Shown one piece after another: positions 63,804 to 64,000 of a stretch of 64,000 nucleotides of DNA. The number at the start of each line of letters is the position of its first letter. Within the stretch, counting starts at the first letter, position 1. This DNA comes from an uncultured Candidatus Saccharibacteria bacterium (GTDB taxonomy: Bacteria; Patescibacteriota; Minisyncoccia; Phycocordibacterales; DATDWN01), in contig CAYXWL010000001.1 of assembly GCA_964468795.1 (NCBI GenBank), positions 232,246 to 296,245 on the forward strand. Reading direction: 5' to 3'. Below the pieces are notes generated by a model that worked only from the letters and a program-made list of their open reading frames with translations, did no database searches and was not told the origin of the DNA. The translations under genes were made by a program, and so were the position numbers.

Positions 63804-63848
63804 TTAGATTATCTTTACGTCGATGTTGACTCCTGACGGAAGCGATGC
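63804..63848 (-). pseudogene. rpsJ: 3'-terminal remnant of rpsJ (S10): last 14 codons only
   Basis: Own translation ASLPSGVNIDVKII* matches the conserved S10 C-terminus (..LDLPSGVDIEIKL in B. subtilis, from memory). An in-frame TAA lies immediately upstream, and no S10-like frame continues. Confidence 0.6.
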
Positions 63849-63892
63849 TTATACACACGTTCTCTATCTAAGGCAGTGTCACATAACGTCAA

Positions 63893-63921
63893 TTGACATT
63901 TATAAGTAAATAGAGTATAAT
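63893..63921 (+). promoter_or_regulatory. consensus promoter of a further cassette at the window edge
   Basis: TTGACA-17 nt-TATAAT. The AAATAGaGTATAAT segment resembles the 56491-56520 promoter (AAATAGtGaTATAAT). Confidence 0.5.
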
Positions 63922-63965
63922 TATAAAAGATAAAATTTCGATCTTTCTCAAGAAAGGAGAGAAGG

Positions 63966-64000
63966 ATGGCTCAATCTGCCCATGATTTTGACAGTCAATT
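63966..64000 (+). CDS. 5' end of an unknown ORF (runs off the window)
   Basis: AAAGGAGAGAAGG-ATG GCT CAA TCT GCC CAT GAT (MAQSAHDFDSQ..). Confidence 0.35.
   Translation, partial: MAQSAHDFDSQ

Overview
By eye this is an AT-rich bacterial segment from a small genome. It looks like a CPR/Patescibacteria-type organism. The support is a type IV pilus cluster (1-8.9 kb), SmpB plus tmRNA, FtsH, RecG, infC-rpmI-rplT, and a minus-strand S10-spc-secY-adk-map ribosomal run (50-63 kb) with rplO directly after rpsE and no L30 gene. No rRNA genes or CRISPR arrays are present. Three things stand out.

(1) A mosaic accessory block of about 24 kb lies at roughly 10.2-34.1 kb. It holds XRE/ImmA, two DNA methyltransferases, a MazF-like toxin, a Nudix-HD fusion, a large serine recombinase and a complete diversity-generating retroelement (DGR). 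The DGR has a 116-nt TR/VR pair differing at 16 positions, all of them TR adenines. Its layout is unusual, and the RT gene is split by a (GA)10 repeat.

(2) Visibly GC-richer modules sit at 18.4-23.1 kb and 24.4-27.8 kb. They are packed with small ORFs, several of them zinc-ribbon-like and one resembling sigma70 region 4. On the minus strand they carry three canonical type III hammerhead ribozymes. They also carry a six-copy inverted-repeat family, a two-copy conserved leader with mutually exclusive hairpins, a recurring GTTCTTT heptamer, and a stand-alone ~340-nt candidate ncRNA with a consensus promoter and terminator.

(3) Smaller GC-richer cassettes, each with its own promoter, small ORF and terminator, are inserted at housekeeping loci. 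They sit between rplE and rpsN, between rplB and rpsS, between rplC and rpsJ, and between ftsH and a tRNA. rpsJ itself appears cut down to its last 14 codons at the junction with another promoter-bearing cassette at the window edge.

All composition statements are visual estimates, not computed. All homology calls come from recognising motifs in the translations, not from database searches.
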